From assembly GCA_965276005.1 (NCBI GenBank), contig OZ254962.1, positions 2,676,991-2,740,990 of the forward strand: a DNA stretch of 64,000 bases, given 5' to 3'. This DNA is from Alphaproteobacteria bacterium. GTDB taxonomy: Bacteria > Pseudomonadota > Alphaproteobacteria > JAQWUY01. The position numbers were made by a program, and so were the translations under genes. Below, in pieces: positions 30,044-39,224 of the stretch. The notes beneath the pieces were generated by a model. The model was not told the DNA's origin and did not search any database. It was given only the letters and a program-made list of their open reading frames with translations. How positions within the stretch are numbered: position 1 is the stretch's first letter; each line of letters begins with the position of its first letter.

Positions 30044-31365
30044 GAACGGATACACCCATGCCCGCACCTGTGTTTGAACCTTTGACCGTTTTTACATATC
30101 AACGGGGTATGTTAAGCACCGGCGGTGTTGGTATCGCCGATGTGGCAGAGCAGTACGGTACTCCGTTGTTTGTGTATAATATGGATGATATTTTAAACCG
30201 CTACCACCGCTTTATGGAGGCTTTTAGGCGGGCAAAACAGAAATACAATTTTACCAATGCACACACGGTACACTTTGCGGTAAAAGCCAATTCGAATCAA
30301 GCGGTGTTGTCGGCACTTGGCAAGTGTGGATGCGGTATGGATGTGGTATCGGGGGGCGAATTAAAACGGGCGTTGGCTGCTGGAGTACCAGCGGATAAAA
30401 TTATTTTTTCTGGGGTGGCAAAATCCGATTGGGAGCTACAATACGCCCTGCAACAAGGGGTGTTACAAATCAATGTGGAATCATTGGCAGAGTTGCACCA
30501 ACTGCAAGCGGTTGCCGAAAATATCGATGTTGTCGCCCCTATAGGGCTGCGCATGAACCCCAATGTGGCGGGTGCCACCCACGCAAAAATCAGCACCGGC
30601 AAAAACACCGATAAATTTGGTATCGATGCAGATATTGTGCTGCAGGTATCGACAGACATTTTGTCGTTATCCCACATCGACTGTCAAAGTATCAGTGTGC
30701 ATATCGGATCACAGCTGATGTGTGCGGCACCGTTTGTGGCGTCTTATAAAAAACTGGCGGATGTTGCCACAAGGTTAATAGCACAAGGCTTGCCGTTAAA
30801 ACGACTGGATTTAGGCGGCGGCTTGGGCGTGTGCTATGCCCCCAATGGCGACACCCCACCGGACATTATCGAGTATGCACAAATGGTTATACAAACGGTC
30901 GCACATGTGGGGCTAGACATCCATTTTGAGCCGGGACGATGGCTGGTGGGCAATGCGGGGGCTTTAATTGGTACGGTGGAAAATATCAAAGTAAACGATG
31001 CCAAGACTTTTGTATTAACCGACATTGCCATGAACGATTTTATCCGCCCCACCCTATACGAAGCCTATCACCATGTGGTACCCGTACAACACTCCGCAAC
31101 CACCATGATCGCCGATGTGGTCGGTCCCGTATGCGAAAGTGGCGATTATATGGCAAAAAACCGTGAAATCGGTACCGTAAAACGGGGCGATTATATCGCT
31201 GTGCTATCCACAGGGGCGTATGGCATGGTACTGGCATCGAACTACAACACCCGCCCCACCCCCGCCGAAGTGGCAATATATAAAGGCAAAGCCCACATCA
31301 TCCGCCGCCGCCAAACCATCACAGACATAATACACATGGACACCGTCCCCGATATTTTTGTGTAG
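30040..31365 (+). CDS. lysA: Diaminopimelate decarboxylase
   Basis: FAVKANSN PLP lysine, SGGE, HIGSQ, EPGR, GPVCESGD, GAYG. Confidence 0.96.
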   Translation: MRTDTPMPAPVFEPLTVFTYQRGMLSTGGVGIADVAEQYGTPLFVYNMDDILNRYHRFMEAFRRAKQKYNFTNAHTVHFAVKANSNQAVLSALGKCGCGMDVVSGGELKRALAAGVPADKIIFSGVAKSDWELQYALQQGVLQINVESLAELHQLQAVAENIDVVAPIGLRMNPNVAGATHAKISTGKNTDKFGIDADIVLQVSTDILSLSHIDCQSISVHIGSQLMCAAPFVASYKKLADVATRLIAQGLPLKRLDLGGGLGVCYAPNGDTPPDIIEYAQMVIQTVAHVGLDIHFEPGRWLVGNAGALIGTVENIKVNDAKTFVLTDIAMNDFIRPTLYEAYHHVVPVQHSATTMIADVVGPVCESGDYMAKNREIGTVKRGDYIAVLSTGAYGMVLASNYNTRPTPAEVAIYKGKAHIIRRRQTITDIIHMDTVPDIFV

Positions 31366-31405
31366 GGTGTCATATGCGGACATAATGCCATATAGATGTA
31401 AACCG

Positions 31406-32674
31406 ATGCAAATAAACAATCGCACTATATTTAACAAGGACAACTTGGATATATTACAGGGTATAGATTCGGATACCATAGACCTTATATACCTTGACCC
31501 CCCGTTTAATAAGAAAAAACAGTTTATCGCCTCGATAGGCAGTAGTGCGGAGGGGGCGTCTTTTAATGACTTGTATCAATTACAAGATATTAAAGACGCA
31601 TGGGGTATATCCATAGAACAGGACACCCCGAAAGTACATGACTTTTTAATCGGCATAAAGAAAATAGACGGTAAACAATCGTATAACTATTGTTATATAG
31701 CCTATATGGCTATTCGTTTGATAGAGTGCCACCGCATATTAAAAAACACAGGCAGTTTGTATTTACATTGCGATCCGACAATGAGCCACTATTTAAAAAT
31801 ACTCTTAGACTGTATATTCGGGGATAACAATTTTATAAATGAAATTGTGTGGTGTTACCAAACGGGCGGTGCTGGGAAGCGATCATTTGCCAGAAAACAC
31901 GATATACTATTGTTTTACGGCAAATCAGAAAATTATGTTTTTCATGCGGACGCCGTACACATACCCCGTACCGATAAAGCTTTACAAAGGGCAAAAAATC
32001 CCAAAGGGGCAAGAATAAACTACACAGACACTACGAAAACAGCCAATGATTTTTTTGTCGATATACAGGCGTTAAACCCTATGGCAAAGGAACGCACAGG
32101 CTACCCGACCCAAAAGCCTTTACACCTCTTACGGCGGATTATCACAGCGTCCAGCAATGAGGGCGATATTGTCCTAGATCCATTTTGTGGCTGTGCGACC
32201 ACTTGTATTGCAGCGGAACAACTAAACCGTAAATGGATTGGTATCGACATATCTGTAAAAGCATATGACCTTGTGTGCGAGCGATTGGCAAAAGAAGTAT
32301 CAGACACCGGCGATATATTAAAATACAAAAATAAAGTGTATTTTCAAACGACCGTCCCCGCCCGTACAGATATGGGGGCGGATACCCCAGTACAAAAATG
32401 CGTATACATTATATCCAACCCAGCCTATCCAAACGATTACAAAGTAGGGGTTGCCAAGAATGTACATGCCCGATTAAACAGCTACCAAACCAGCGACCCC
32501 GATAGGGGCTACACATTGGAATACAGCCTATTAACCCCCTATTTTACCGAACTAGAAAAATATATACACGACATTTTACCCAATAAATATGAATGGATAC
32601 AGAATACAGATTTAGCAACCATAAAACAAAAAATAGACGATTTTATAGCTAGTAAAACACGGAGGCGTATGTGA
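31406..32674 (+). CDS. Beta-class amino-DNA methyltransferase fused to a T5orf172/GIY-YIG-like domain, copy 1
   Basis: YLDPPF (motif IV), variable segment, YPTQKP, LDPFCGCATT (motif I), then VYIISN..YKVG..ARL..ELEKYIH..YEWI. Confidence 0.88.
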   Translation: MQINNRTIFNKDNLDILQGIDSDTIDLIYLDPPFNKKKQFIASIGSSAEGASFNDLYQLQDIKDAWGISIEQDTPKVHDFLIGIKKIDGKQSYNYCYIAYMAIRLIECHRILKNTGSLYLHCDPTMSHYLKILLDCIFGDNNFINEIVWCYQTGGAGKRSFARKHDILLFYGKSENYVFHADAVHIPRTDKALQRAKNPKGARINYTDTTKTANDFFVDIQALNPMAKERTGYPTQKPLHLLRRIITASSNEGDIVLDPFCGCATTCIAAEQLNRKWIGIDISVKAYDLVCERLAKEVSDTGDILKYKNKVYFQTTVPARTDMGADTPVQKCVYIISNPAYPNDYKVGVAKNVHARLNSYQTSDPDRGYTLEYSLLTPYFTELEKYIHDILPNKYEWIQNTDLATIKQKIDDFIASKTRRRM

Positions 32675-32723
32675 TTAAGCCCCATGTGCAACGGATGCAT
32701 ACGCCATAAGGGACAATACGCTA

Positions 32724-32752
32724 TTGTATTTGTAGAGATAATGTACTACACT
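32724..32752 (+). promoter_or_regulatory. Putative sigma70 promoter of MTase copy 2
   Basis: TTGTAT-N17-TACACT within the duplicated 110-bp spacer. Confidence 0.5.
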
Positions 32753-32784
32753 ATGCTTTTATAACGCCATATGGATGTAACCCC

Positions 32785-34179
32785 ATGCAAATAAATAATC
32801 GCACTATATTTAACAAAGACAACTTGGATATATTACAAGGTATAGATTCGGATACTATAGACCTTATATACCTTGACCCCCCGTTTAACAAGAAAAAACA
32901 GTTTATCGCCCCGATGGGTAGTAGTGCGGAGGGGGCGTCTTTTAACGATTTGTATCGATTGCAAGATATTAAAGACGAATGGGTTATATCCATAGAACAG
33001 GACACTCCGAAATTACACGATTTTTTAATTGGCATAAAGAAAATAGATGGCAAGCAATCGTATAACTATTGTTATATAGCCTATATGGCTATTCGTTTGA
33101 TAGAATGCCACCGCATATTAAAACCAACGGGCAGCTTATATCTGCATTGTGACCCGACAATGAGCCACTATCTGAAAATACTCTTGGACTGTATATTTTG
33201 GGATAAAAACTTTGTAAATGAGATCGTGTGGCATTACAGAACATATCAAGGCAAGGTTTCAACATATTACCCTAAAAAACACGATATTATCTTTTGGTAT
33301 ACAAAAGATTCAAAATTATTTGAAAACAGACAAGTATTTAAACTTGCATATATGGATAATTATGAATATACAGTTGATTTTATGAGATGGAAAAAATTTT
33401 TTGCTATAGGAGATAATAAAATCAAATATGGAAATCATCCAGAAAGAGATAGTCGTTTTACCCAATACCTAGATAGGTGGATACATGATAAGGGAAGAAA
33501 ACCAACGATAGGGGAGATTGTTTATGAGTGTAAGGGATATGTTGTGGATGATGTGTGGGTAGATATTCAGGCAATAGATCCGAAAGACTCAAAAGAAAAA
33601 ACGGGCTACCCGACCCAAAAGCCCTTAGAGTTATTGCGGCGGATTATCACAGCGTCCAGCAATGAAGGTGATATTGTCCTAGATCCATTTTGTGGCTGTG
33701 CGACCACTTGTATTGCAGCGGAACAACTAAACCGTAAATGGATTGGTATCGACATATCTGTAAAAGCATATGACCTTGTGCGCGAGCGATTGGCAAAAGA
33801 AGTATCAGACACCGGCGATATATTAAAATACAAAAATAAAGTGTATTTTCAAACGACCGTCCCCGCCCGTACAGATATGGGGGCGGATACCCCAGTACAA
33901 AAATCCGTATACATTATATCCAACCCATCCTATCCAAACGATTACAAAGTAGGGGTTGCCAAGAATGTACATGCCCGATTAAACAGCTACCAAACCAGCG
34001 ACCCCGATAGGGGCTACAAACTGGAATACAGCGTATTAACCCCCTATTTTACCGAACTAGAAAAATATATACACGACATTTTACCCAATAAATATGAATG
34101 GATACAGAATACAGATTTAGCAACCATAAAACAAAAAATGGACGATTTTATAGCTAGTAAAACACGGAGGCGTATGTGA
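32785..34179 (+). CDS. Beta-class amino-DNA methyltransferase fused to a T5orf172/GIY-YIG-like domain, copy 2
   Basis: Same motifs as copy 1; unrelated AT-rich central segment of ~405 bp. Confidence 0.88.
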   Translation: MQINNRTIFNKDNLDILQGIDSDTIDLIYLDPPFNKKKQFIAPMGSSAEGASFNDLYRLQDIKDEWVISIEQDTPKLHDFLIGIKKIDGKQSYNYCYIAYMAIRLIECHRILKPTGSLYLHCDPTMSHYLKILLDCIFWDKNFVNEIVWHYRTYQGKVSTYYPKKHDIIFWYTKDSKLFENRQVFKLAYMDNYEYTVDFMRWKKFFAIGDNKIKYGNHPERDSRFTQYLDRWIHDKGRKPTIGEIVYECKGYVVDDVWVDIQAIDPKDSKEKTGYPTQKPLELLRRIITASSNEGDIVLDPFCGCATTCIAAEQLNRKWIGIDISVKAYDLVRERLAKEVSDTGDILKYKNKVYFQTTVPARTDMGADTPVQKSVYIISNPSYPNDYKVGVAKNVHARLNSYQTSDPDRGYKLEYSVLTPYFTELEKYIHDILPNKYEWIQNTDLATIKQKMDDFIASKTRRRM

Positions 34180-34228
34180 TTAAGCCCCATGTGCAACGGA
34201 TGCATACGCCATAAGGGACAATACGCTA

Positions 34229-34257
34229 TTGTATTCGTAAAGATAATGTACTACACT
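34229..34257 (+). promoter_or_regulatory. Putative sigma70 promoter of MTase copy 3
   Basis: TTGTAT-N17-TACACT, with both hexamers conserved between the two spacer copies. Confidence 0.5.
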
Positions 34258-34289
34258 ATGCTTTTATAACGCCATATGGATGTAACCCC

Positions 34290-35666
34290 ATGCAAATAAA
34301 TAATCGCACTATATTTAACAAAGACAACTTGGATATATTACAAGGTATAGATTCGGATACTATAGACCTTATATACCTTGACCCCCCGTTTAACAAGAAA
34401 AAACAGTTTATCGCCCCGATGGGTAGTAGTGCGGAGGGGGCGTCTTTTAACGATTTGTATCGATTGCAAGATATTAAAGACGAATGGGTTATATCCATAG
34501 AACAGGACACTCCGAAATTACATGACTTTTTAATTGGCATAAAGAAAATAGATGGCAAGCAATCGTATAACTATTGTTATATAGCCTATATGGCTATTCG
34601 TTTGATAGAATGTCACCGTATATTAAAACCAACGGGTAGCTTATATCTGCATTGTGACCCGACAATGAGTCATTACTTAAAAATCGCTCTTGATTGTATA
34701 TTCGGGGATAAGAATTTCATAAACGAGATTGCTTGGTGTTATAAAAAATTGCCGAATAACGCAAAAATGTTTCAGAGAAATAAAGATATTATTTTATTTT
34801 ATGCGAAATCTGAAAACTATATTTTTCATAAACAATATTCTCATCCTACTAAACAATCTTTAAAAACTTTTGAGACTGGGCGTAGGATAGGATATAATGC
34901 CAATCACTCTAAGAAAATGGTGACTGTTTTTGATTGGGATAAATATCAACAAGCAATAAAAAATAATAAAATCCCCAAAGATTTAAAACCTATAGAATTT
35001 AAAGATGGCAAACCTCTGATGCGAGATTATTGGGATGATATAAAAATACTTGGTGGAAGTAAGAACAAAGAACGCACAGGCTACCCGACCCAAAAGCCCT
35101 TAGAGTTATTGCGGCGGATTATCGCAGCGTCCAGCAATGAGGGCGATATTGTCCTAGATCCATTTTGTGGCTGTGCGACTACTTGTATTGCAGCGGAACA
35201 ACTAAATCGTAAATGGATTGGTATCGACATATCTGTAAAAGCATATGACCTTGTGCGCGAGCGATTGGCAAAAGAAGTATCAGACACCGGCGATATATTA
35301 AAATACAAAAATAAAGTGTATTTTCAAACGACCGTCCCCGCCCGTACAGATATGGGGGCGGATACCCCAATACAAAAATGCGTATACATTATATCCAACC
35401 CATCCTATCCAAACGATTACAAAGTAGGGGTTGCCAAGAATGTACATGCCCGGTTAAACAGCTATCAAACCAGCGACCCCGATAGGGGCTACAAACTAGA
35501 ATACAGTGTCTTAACCCCCTATTTTACCGAATTAGAAAAACACATACACGATATTTTACCCAACAAATACGAATGGATACAGAATACTGATTTAGCAACC
35601 ATAAAACAAAAAATAGACGATTTTATAGCCAATAAAACACGAGATTTATTTAGCCAAGCCCTGTGA
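34290..35666 (+). CDS. Beta-class amino-DNA methyltransferase fused to a T5orf172/GIY-YIG-like domain, copy 3
   Basis: Same motifs; a third distinct central segment of ~375 bp; altered last residues (NKTRDLFSQAL). Confidence 0.88.
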   Translation: MQINNRTIFNKDNLDILQGIDSDTIDLIYLDPPFNKKKQFIAPMGSSAEGASFNDLYRLQDIKDEWVISIEQDTPKLHDFLIGIKKIDGKQSYNYCYIAYMAIRLIECHRILKPTGSLYLHCDPTMSHYLKIALDCIFGDKNFINEIAWCYKKLPNNAKMFQRNKDIILFYAKSENYIFHKQYSHPTKQSLKTFETGRRIGYNANHSKKMVTVFDWDKYQQAIKNNKIPKDLKPIEFKDGKPLMRDYWDDIKILGGSKNKERTGYPTQKPLELLRRIIAASSNEGDIVLDPFCGCATTCIAAEQLNRKWIGIDISVKAYDLVRERLAKEVSDTGDILKYKNKVYFQTTVPARTDMGADTPIQKCVYIISNPSYPNDYKVGVAKNVHARLNSYQTSDPDRGYKLEYSVLTPYFTELEKHIHDILPNKYEWIQNTDLATIKQKIDDFIANKTRDLFSQAL

Positions 35667-35825
35667 TGTTCTCCAATACTCGCAAGCAAAGATATTGTTA
35701 TCTCCAGTGTCTTAAACCACAGCAAAAAGGAAATACAGGGTATTACAGCTATATATAATCGCAACGATCATTTAAATGCAATATTAGAATCACCTACATT
35801 ATGTATTAAATCTTGTTTAGGATAG
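35667..35825 (+). pseudogene. Remnant of a tyrosine-recombinase (integrase) C-terminus
   Basis: In the frame following the copy-3 stop: LASKDIVISSVLNHSKKEIQGITAIYNRNDHL, resembling the ..vLnH....gv.avYnr.dy catalytic His/Tyr region; no start codon. Confidence 0.55.
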
Positions 35826-36012
35826 TAAACGCTGCGAGTCATAATAGATCACAAACAAACATTTAGCATGCGAAAAATACCGTAAAGCCATATGGATTTT
35901 ACGGTGTATGGTAACCACTCCTTGACGCATGGCATTTGTGGGGTTTTTAGGGTGGTCTGCCCCGATTTCGTATTTCTCGTATTATAGGTACCTCCCGATA
36001 AAAACCGCAAAC

Positions 36013-36271
36013 AAAAAAGAGCCTCCTTGCGGAGGCTCTGAGTTTTGGAAGTATTTAAGTAGTCATATCTAATATTCATGTAGATACATAAACATTACAT
36101 ATAGCATTGGGAAAGAATCATAATATATTCAATCTCAAACACTTGTGATTGTAATATACCAAAATTTTTTATCTAATGGGTGTAAATTTCGCAAGTTTAT
36201 ACATTTTTTTACACATATACTATAATTTTGGTATTTCACGCTGATAAAAAATTCGATAATACCATTAACGA
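36013..36271 (-). ncRNA. Candidate sRNA unit A of a triplicated non-coding repeat
   Basis: Minus-strand terminator AGAGCCTCC-GCAA-GGAGGCTCT plus a U-run; ~60-nt core nearly invariant among the three copies. Confidence 0.5.
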
Positions 36272-36487
36272 AGTGTCTTTTTGTTGTGTGTAGTATCGCT
36301 GGTTTTTGGCGAAAACGGAAAAAATCTGCCCCTGTGGCGTTTTGTAATACTATATGTGGGTGCTATATTTGCTTGTTTTTACCCGTTTTTTGTATGCGTT
36401 GCTTGCCTGTGCTGCCGACGGTATATTTTTTGGTATATATTATACGCATACGGTTTATAAAAATACAACATTCGATAAAAATTGTAG

Positions 36488-36748
36488 AAAAAAAGAAGCC
36501 CCCTTGCGAAGGCTTTAAGTTTTGGAAGTATCTAAGTAATCATATCTAATATTCATGTGTATACATAAATATTACATACTACATTAGGAAAGAATATGTA
36601 TATACGCAATCCCAACGGCTTACAGTTGCAATATAGTAAATTTTTTTTACCCAATGGGTGTAAATTTCGCAAGTGTGTACATTTTTTACATGTACACTCT
36701 GTTTTAGTATTTCACGCTGATAAAAAATTCAAGAATACCATTCACGAA
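36488..36748 (-). ncRNA. Candidate sRNA unit B
   Basis: Terminator AAGCCTTC-GCAA-GGGGGCTT, whose two substitutions pair as G-U only on the minus strand. Confidence 0.5.
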
Positions 36749-36940
36749 GTATTTTCTTGTGTGAAATATTGCTGATTTTTCGTGAGTCGCCCCTGTGGCA
36801 CTTTGCAATGCTGTATATTGGTGTTGTATTTGCCCGTTTTTTGTATGCGTCATTTGCCCATACTGCTGATGGCATATTTTTTGGTGTGCCGTGTGTATAT
36901 ATACGGTTTATAAAAATGCAACACTCGGAGAAAATTGCAG

Positions 36941-37203
36941 AAAAAAAGAAGCCTCCTTGCGGAGGCTTGAAGTTTGGAAGTATCTAAGTAGTCATATCTA
37001 ATATTCATGTGTATACATAAACATTACATACTACATTAGGAAAGAAGATGTATGTATTCAATCCTAACGGCTTGCGGTTGTAATATACTAAATTTTTTTA
37101 TGTAATTGATGTAAACTTCGTAAGTGTATACATTTTTTACATGTATATTTTATGTTAGTATTTCACGCTGTTAAAAAAATTTGAAAATACCGTTCACGAA
37201 GTG
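36941..37203 (-). ncRNA. Candidate sRNA unit C
   Basis: Terminator AAGCCTCC-GCAA-GGAGGCTT plus a U7 run; same conserved core. Confidence 0.5.
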
Positions 37204-37392
37204 GATTTTCGGCTATTTTTGTTCACACTTCGTGAATGACATACGATTTTTTTGAAAAAAACATGTAGTGATATTGTATTATATTGTTAAAGTGCGAACA
37301 GAAATGTAAGTGTGATAACAGCAATATCTCATTGTTTTTTTGGATATGGCTTTTTTATTTGTGTTCTATTTCAGGGCGGAAACACACATTCT

Positions 37393-37434
37393 GTTTATCC
37401 CAATTCCCCTGCCGTTTACCCCAATTCCCCCGCC
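37393..37434. repeat. 21-bp tandem duplication of the lysS 3' end
   Basis: GTTTATCCCAATTCCCCTGCC / GTTTACCCCAATTCCCCCGCC. Confidence 0.8.
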
Positions 37435-39032
37435 AATGCTTTGTCGATTAAAGCGACGGTTTCGTCTATACCGAACAGCAAAATAAAACTGCCCATTCTA
37501 GGACCTTGTTTGACGCCTAGCAGTACACCGTAAATGGCGGCGAACCAGTCCCGTTTGTCTTCGTAATCAAATTCCCGTGCCACATCAAATACAGCGGTTT
37601 GCATTTCTGAGGGATCGGTACAGTCGTGCATGCTGTTGATAATGTCTTTAAATCGTATAAATTGGGGGCGTTCCGCATCGGTCATCGGGCGGTATACTTT
37701 TTGGGGTTTGACAAAGTCCCGGTAATAATTTAAGGCGTATGTTACCATGTCGTCCAGTTTCGGGTTTTTTTCTGCCGACGCATCGGGGGCATAGCGGCTG
37801 ATAAACCCCCATACTACCGATTTATCGTCGGTGTTTGCCACACTTACCAAGTTTAACAACAACGCAAACGATATGGGCGATTGGTTGTTGGGGACTTCGC
37901 CGCCGTGTATGTGGTGGGCGGGGTTATCGAGGCGGGCTTTTAGGTCTTGTGCGGGGTATTTGTCGACCCATGTCAAGTAGTCGTCCATAGCTTTTGGTAT
38001 CATCCCAAAGTACAATTTTTTGGCGGTTTTGGGTTTTTGGTACATAAACAGCGACAACGATTCTTGTGGGGCGTACTGCAACCATTGTTCGATAGCGAGT
38101 CCATTGCCTTTGGATTTTGATATTTTGGTACCGTGTTCGTCTAAAAACAGCTCGTATATCAGGTTCTCAGGCGGTGTTCCCCCAAGCGTACGAGTAATGC
38201 GACCGCTGATGTCGACGGTAGGTTTTAAGTCTTTCCCACACATTTCATAATCCACATCTAGGGCATACCACCGCATGGCAAAATCTGGCTTCCATTGTAA
38301 TTTACACGCCCCACCGGTAACAGCGGTGGTGATGTCCGCCCCGTCTTTACGGCGGTATGTGATGGTGCCATTTTGTGCATCGGTGGCGATGATAGGGACT
38401 TGCAACACCTGCCCGCTGTCTGGGCATATGGGCATAAAAGGGCTGTACGATTGCCGCCGTTCTTCACCTAATGTGGGCAGCATAATCGCTTGAATCTTAT
38501 CGTAATGGTGTAATACTTTTAACAACGCATGGTCAAAAGTACCGTCGGTATAGTATGCGGTACTGGAGGCAAATTGGTATTCGAAGCCAAATGCGTCGAG
38601 AAATTTTTGTAATTGCTGGTTGTTGTGATGCCCGAAACTGGGACAACAGCCAAAAGGGTCGCAGACTTTGGTCAGGGCTTTGTGCAAGTCGTTTGCTAGT
38701 GTGTGTTGGTTTGGCACATTGCTGGGGACTTTGCGAAACCCGTCCATATCATCGGAAAAGCACAACAGCTTAGTGGGAATTTTCCCTTCGGTCAATTGGC
38801 GAAACGCCTGTATAACCATAGTGGTACGGGCAATTTCACCAAAGGTACCAATATGCGGCAACCCTGAGGGACCATAGCCAGTCTCGAACAACACGAATCC
38901 TTTGTGCGGTGTGCGACCATCAATCCGTTTTAACACCTTGCGAGCCTCCTCGAAAGGCCAAGCTTTACTAGTGGTTGCCATGTGGGCAATATCACGGGGG
39001 GTATAAGATGTTGTGGTGTCCATATGTGCCAT
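37416..39032 (-). CDS. lysS: Lysine--tRNA ligase, class I
   Basis: ETGYGPSGLPHIGTFGE, SDDMDGFRKVP, KLQWKPDF, KISKSKGNG. Confidence 0.95.
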   Translation of the reverse strand: MAHMDTTTSYTPRDIAHMATTSKAWPFEEARKVLKRIDGRTPHKGFVLFETGYGPSGLPHIGTFGEIARTTMVIQAFRQLTEGKIPTKLLCFSDDMDGFRKVPSNVPNQHTLANDLHKALTKVCDPFGCCPSFGHHNNQQLQKFLDAFGFEYQFASSTAYYTDGTFDHALLKVLHHYDKIQAIMLPTLGEERRQSYSPFMPICPDSGQVLQVPIIATDAQNGTITYRRKDGADITTAVTGGACKLQWKPDFAMRWYALDVDYEMCGKDLKPTVDISGRITRTLGGTPPENLIYELFLDEHGTKISKSKGNGLAIEQWLQYAPQESLSLFMYQKPKTAKKLYFGMIPKAMDDYLTWVDKYPAQDLKARLDNPAHHIHGGEVPNNQSPISFALLLNLVSVANTDDKSVVWGFISRYAPDASAEKNPKLDDMVTYALNYYRDFVKPQKVYRPMTDAERPQFIRFKDIINSMHDCTDPSEMQTAVFDVAREFDYEDKRDWFAAIYGVLLGVKQGPRMGSFILLFGIDETVALIDKALAGELG

Positions 39033-39224
39033 AGGTATATGTCCTTAAATCGTGTTGTGTGTATGGGGGTAAAGTAGTCTGTTTTTACGGTTTCGTCAAT
39101 ACTTATTATCACCTATGTAAGCGGGGTAGAGGCATAGATAGAATCCTTAAATATCATATTTCAACCAAAGTGTGTGTTGTCTATTTATGTGTGAACCCAT
39201 ATGAGTTGACATATTCCAGATCCT

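Noticed and set aside
35830-36012. tRNA or att site beside the integrase remnant
   Set aside because: No cloverleaf or T-loop motif. Only a hairpin ACCGTAAA..TTTACGGT (~35878-35908) with no partner site found in the window.
36286-36987. Plus-strand ORFs 36286-36549 and 36757-36987, and minus ORF 35849-36079, as type I toxins
   Set aside because: Frames are not conserved between repeat units, there is no RBS, and they read through the terminator hairpins.
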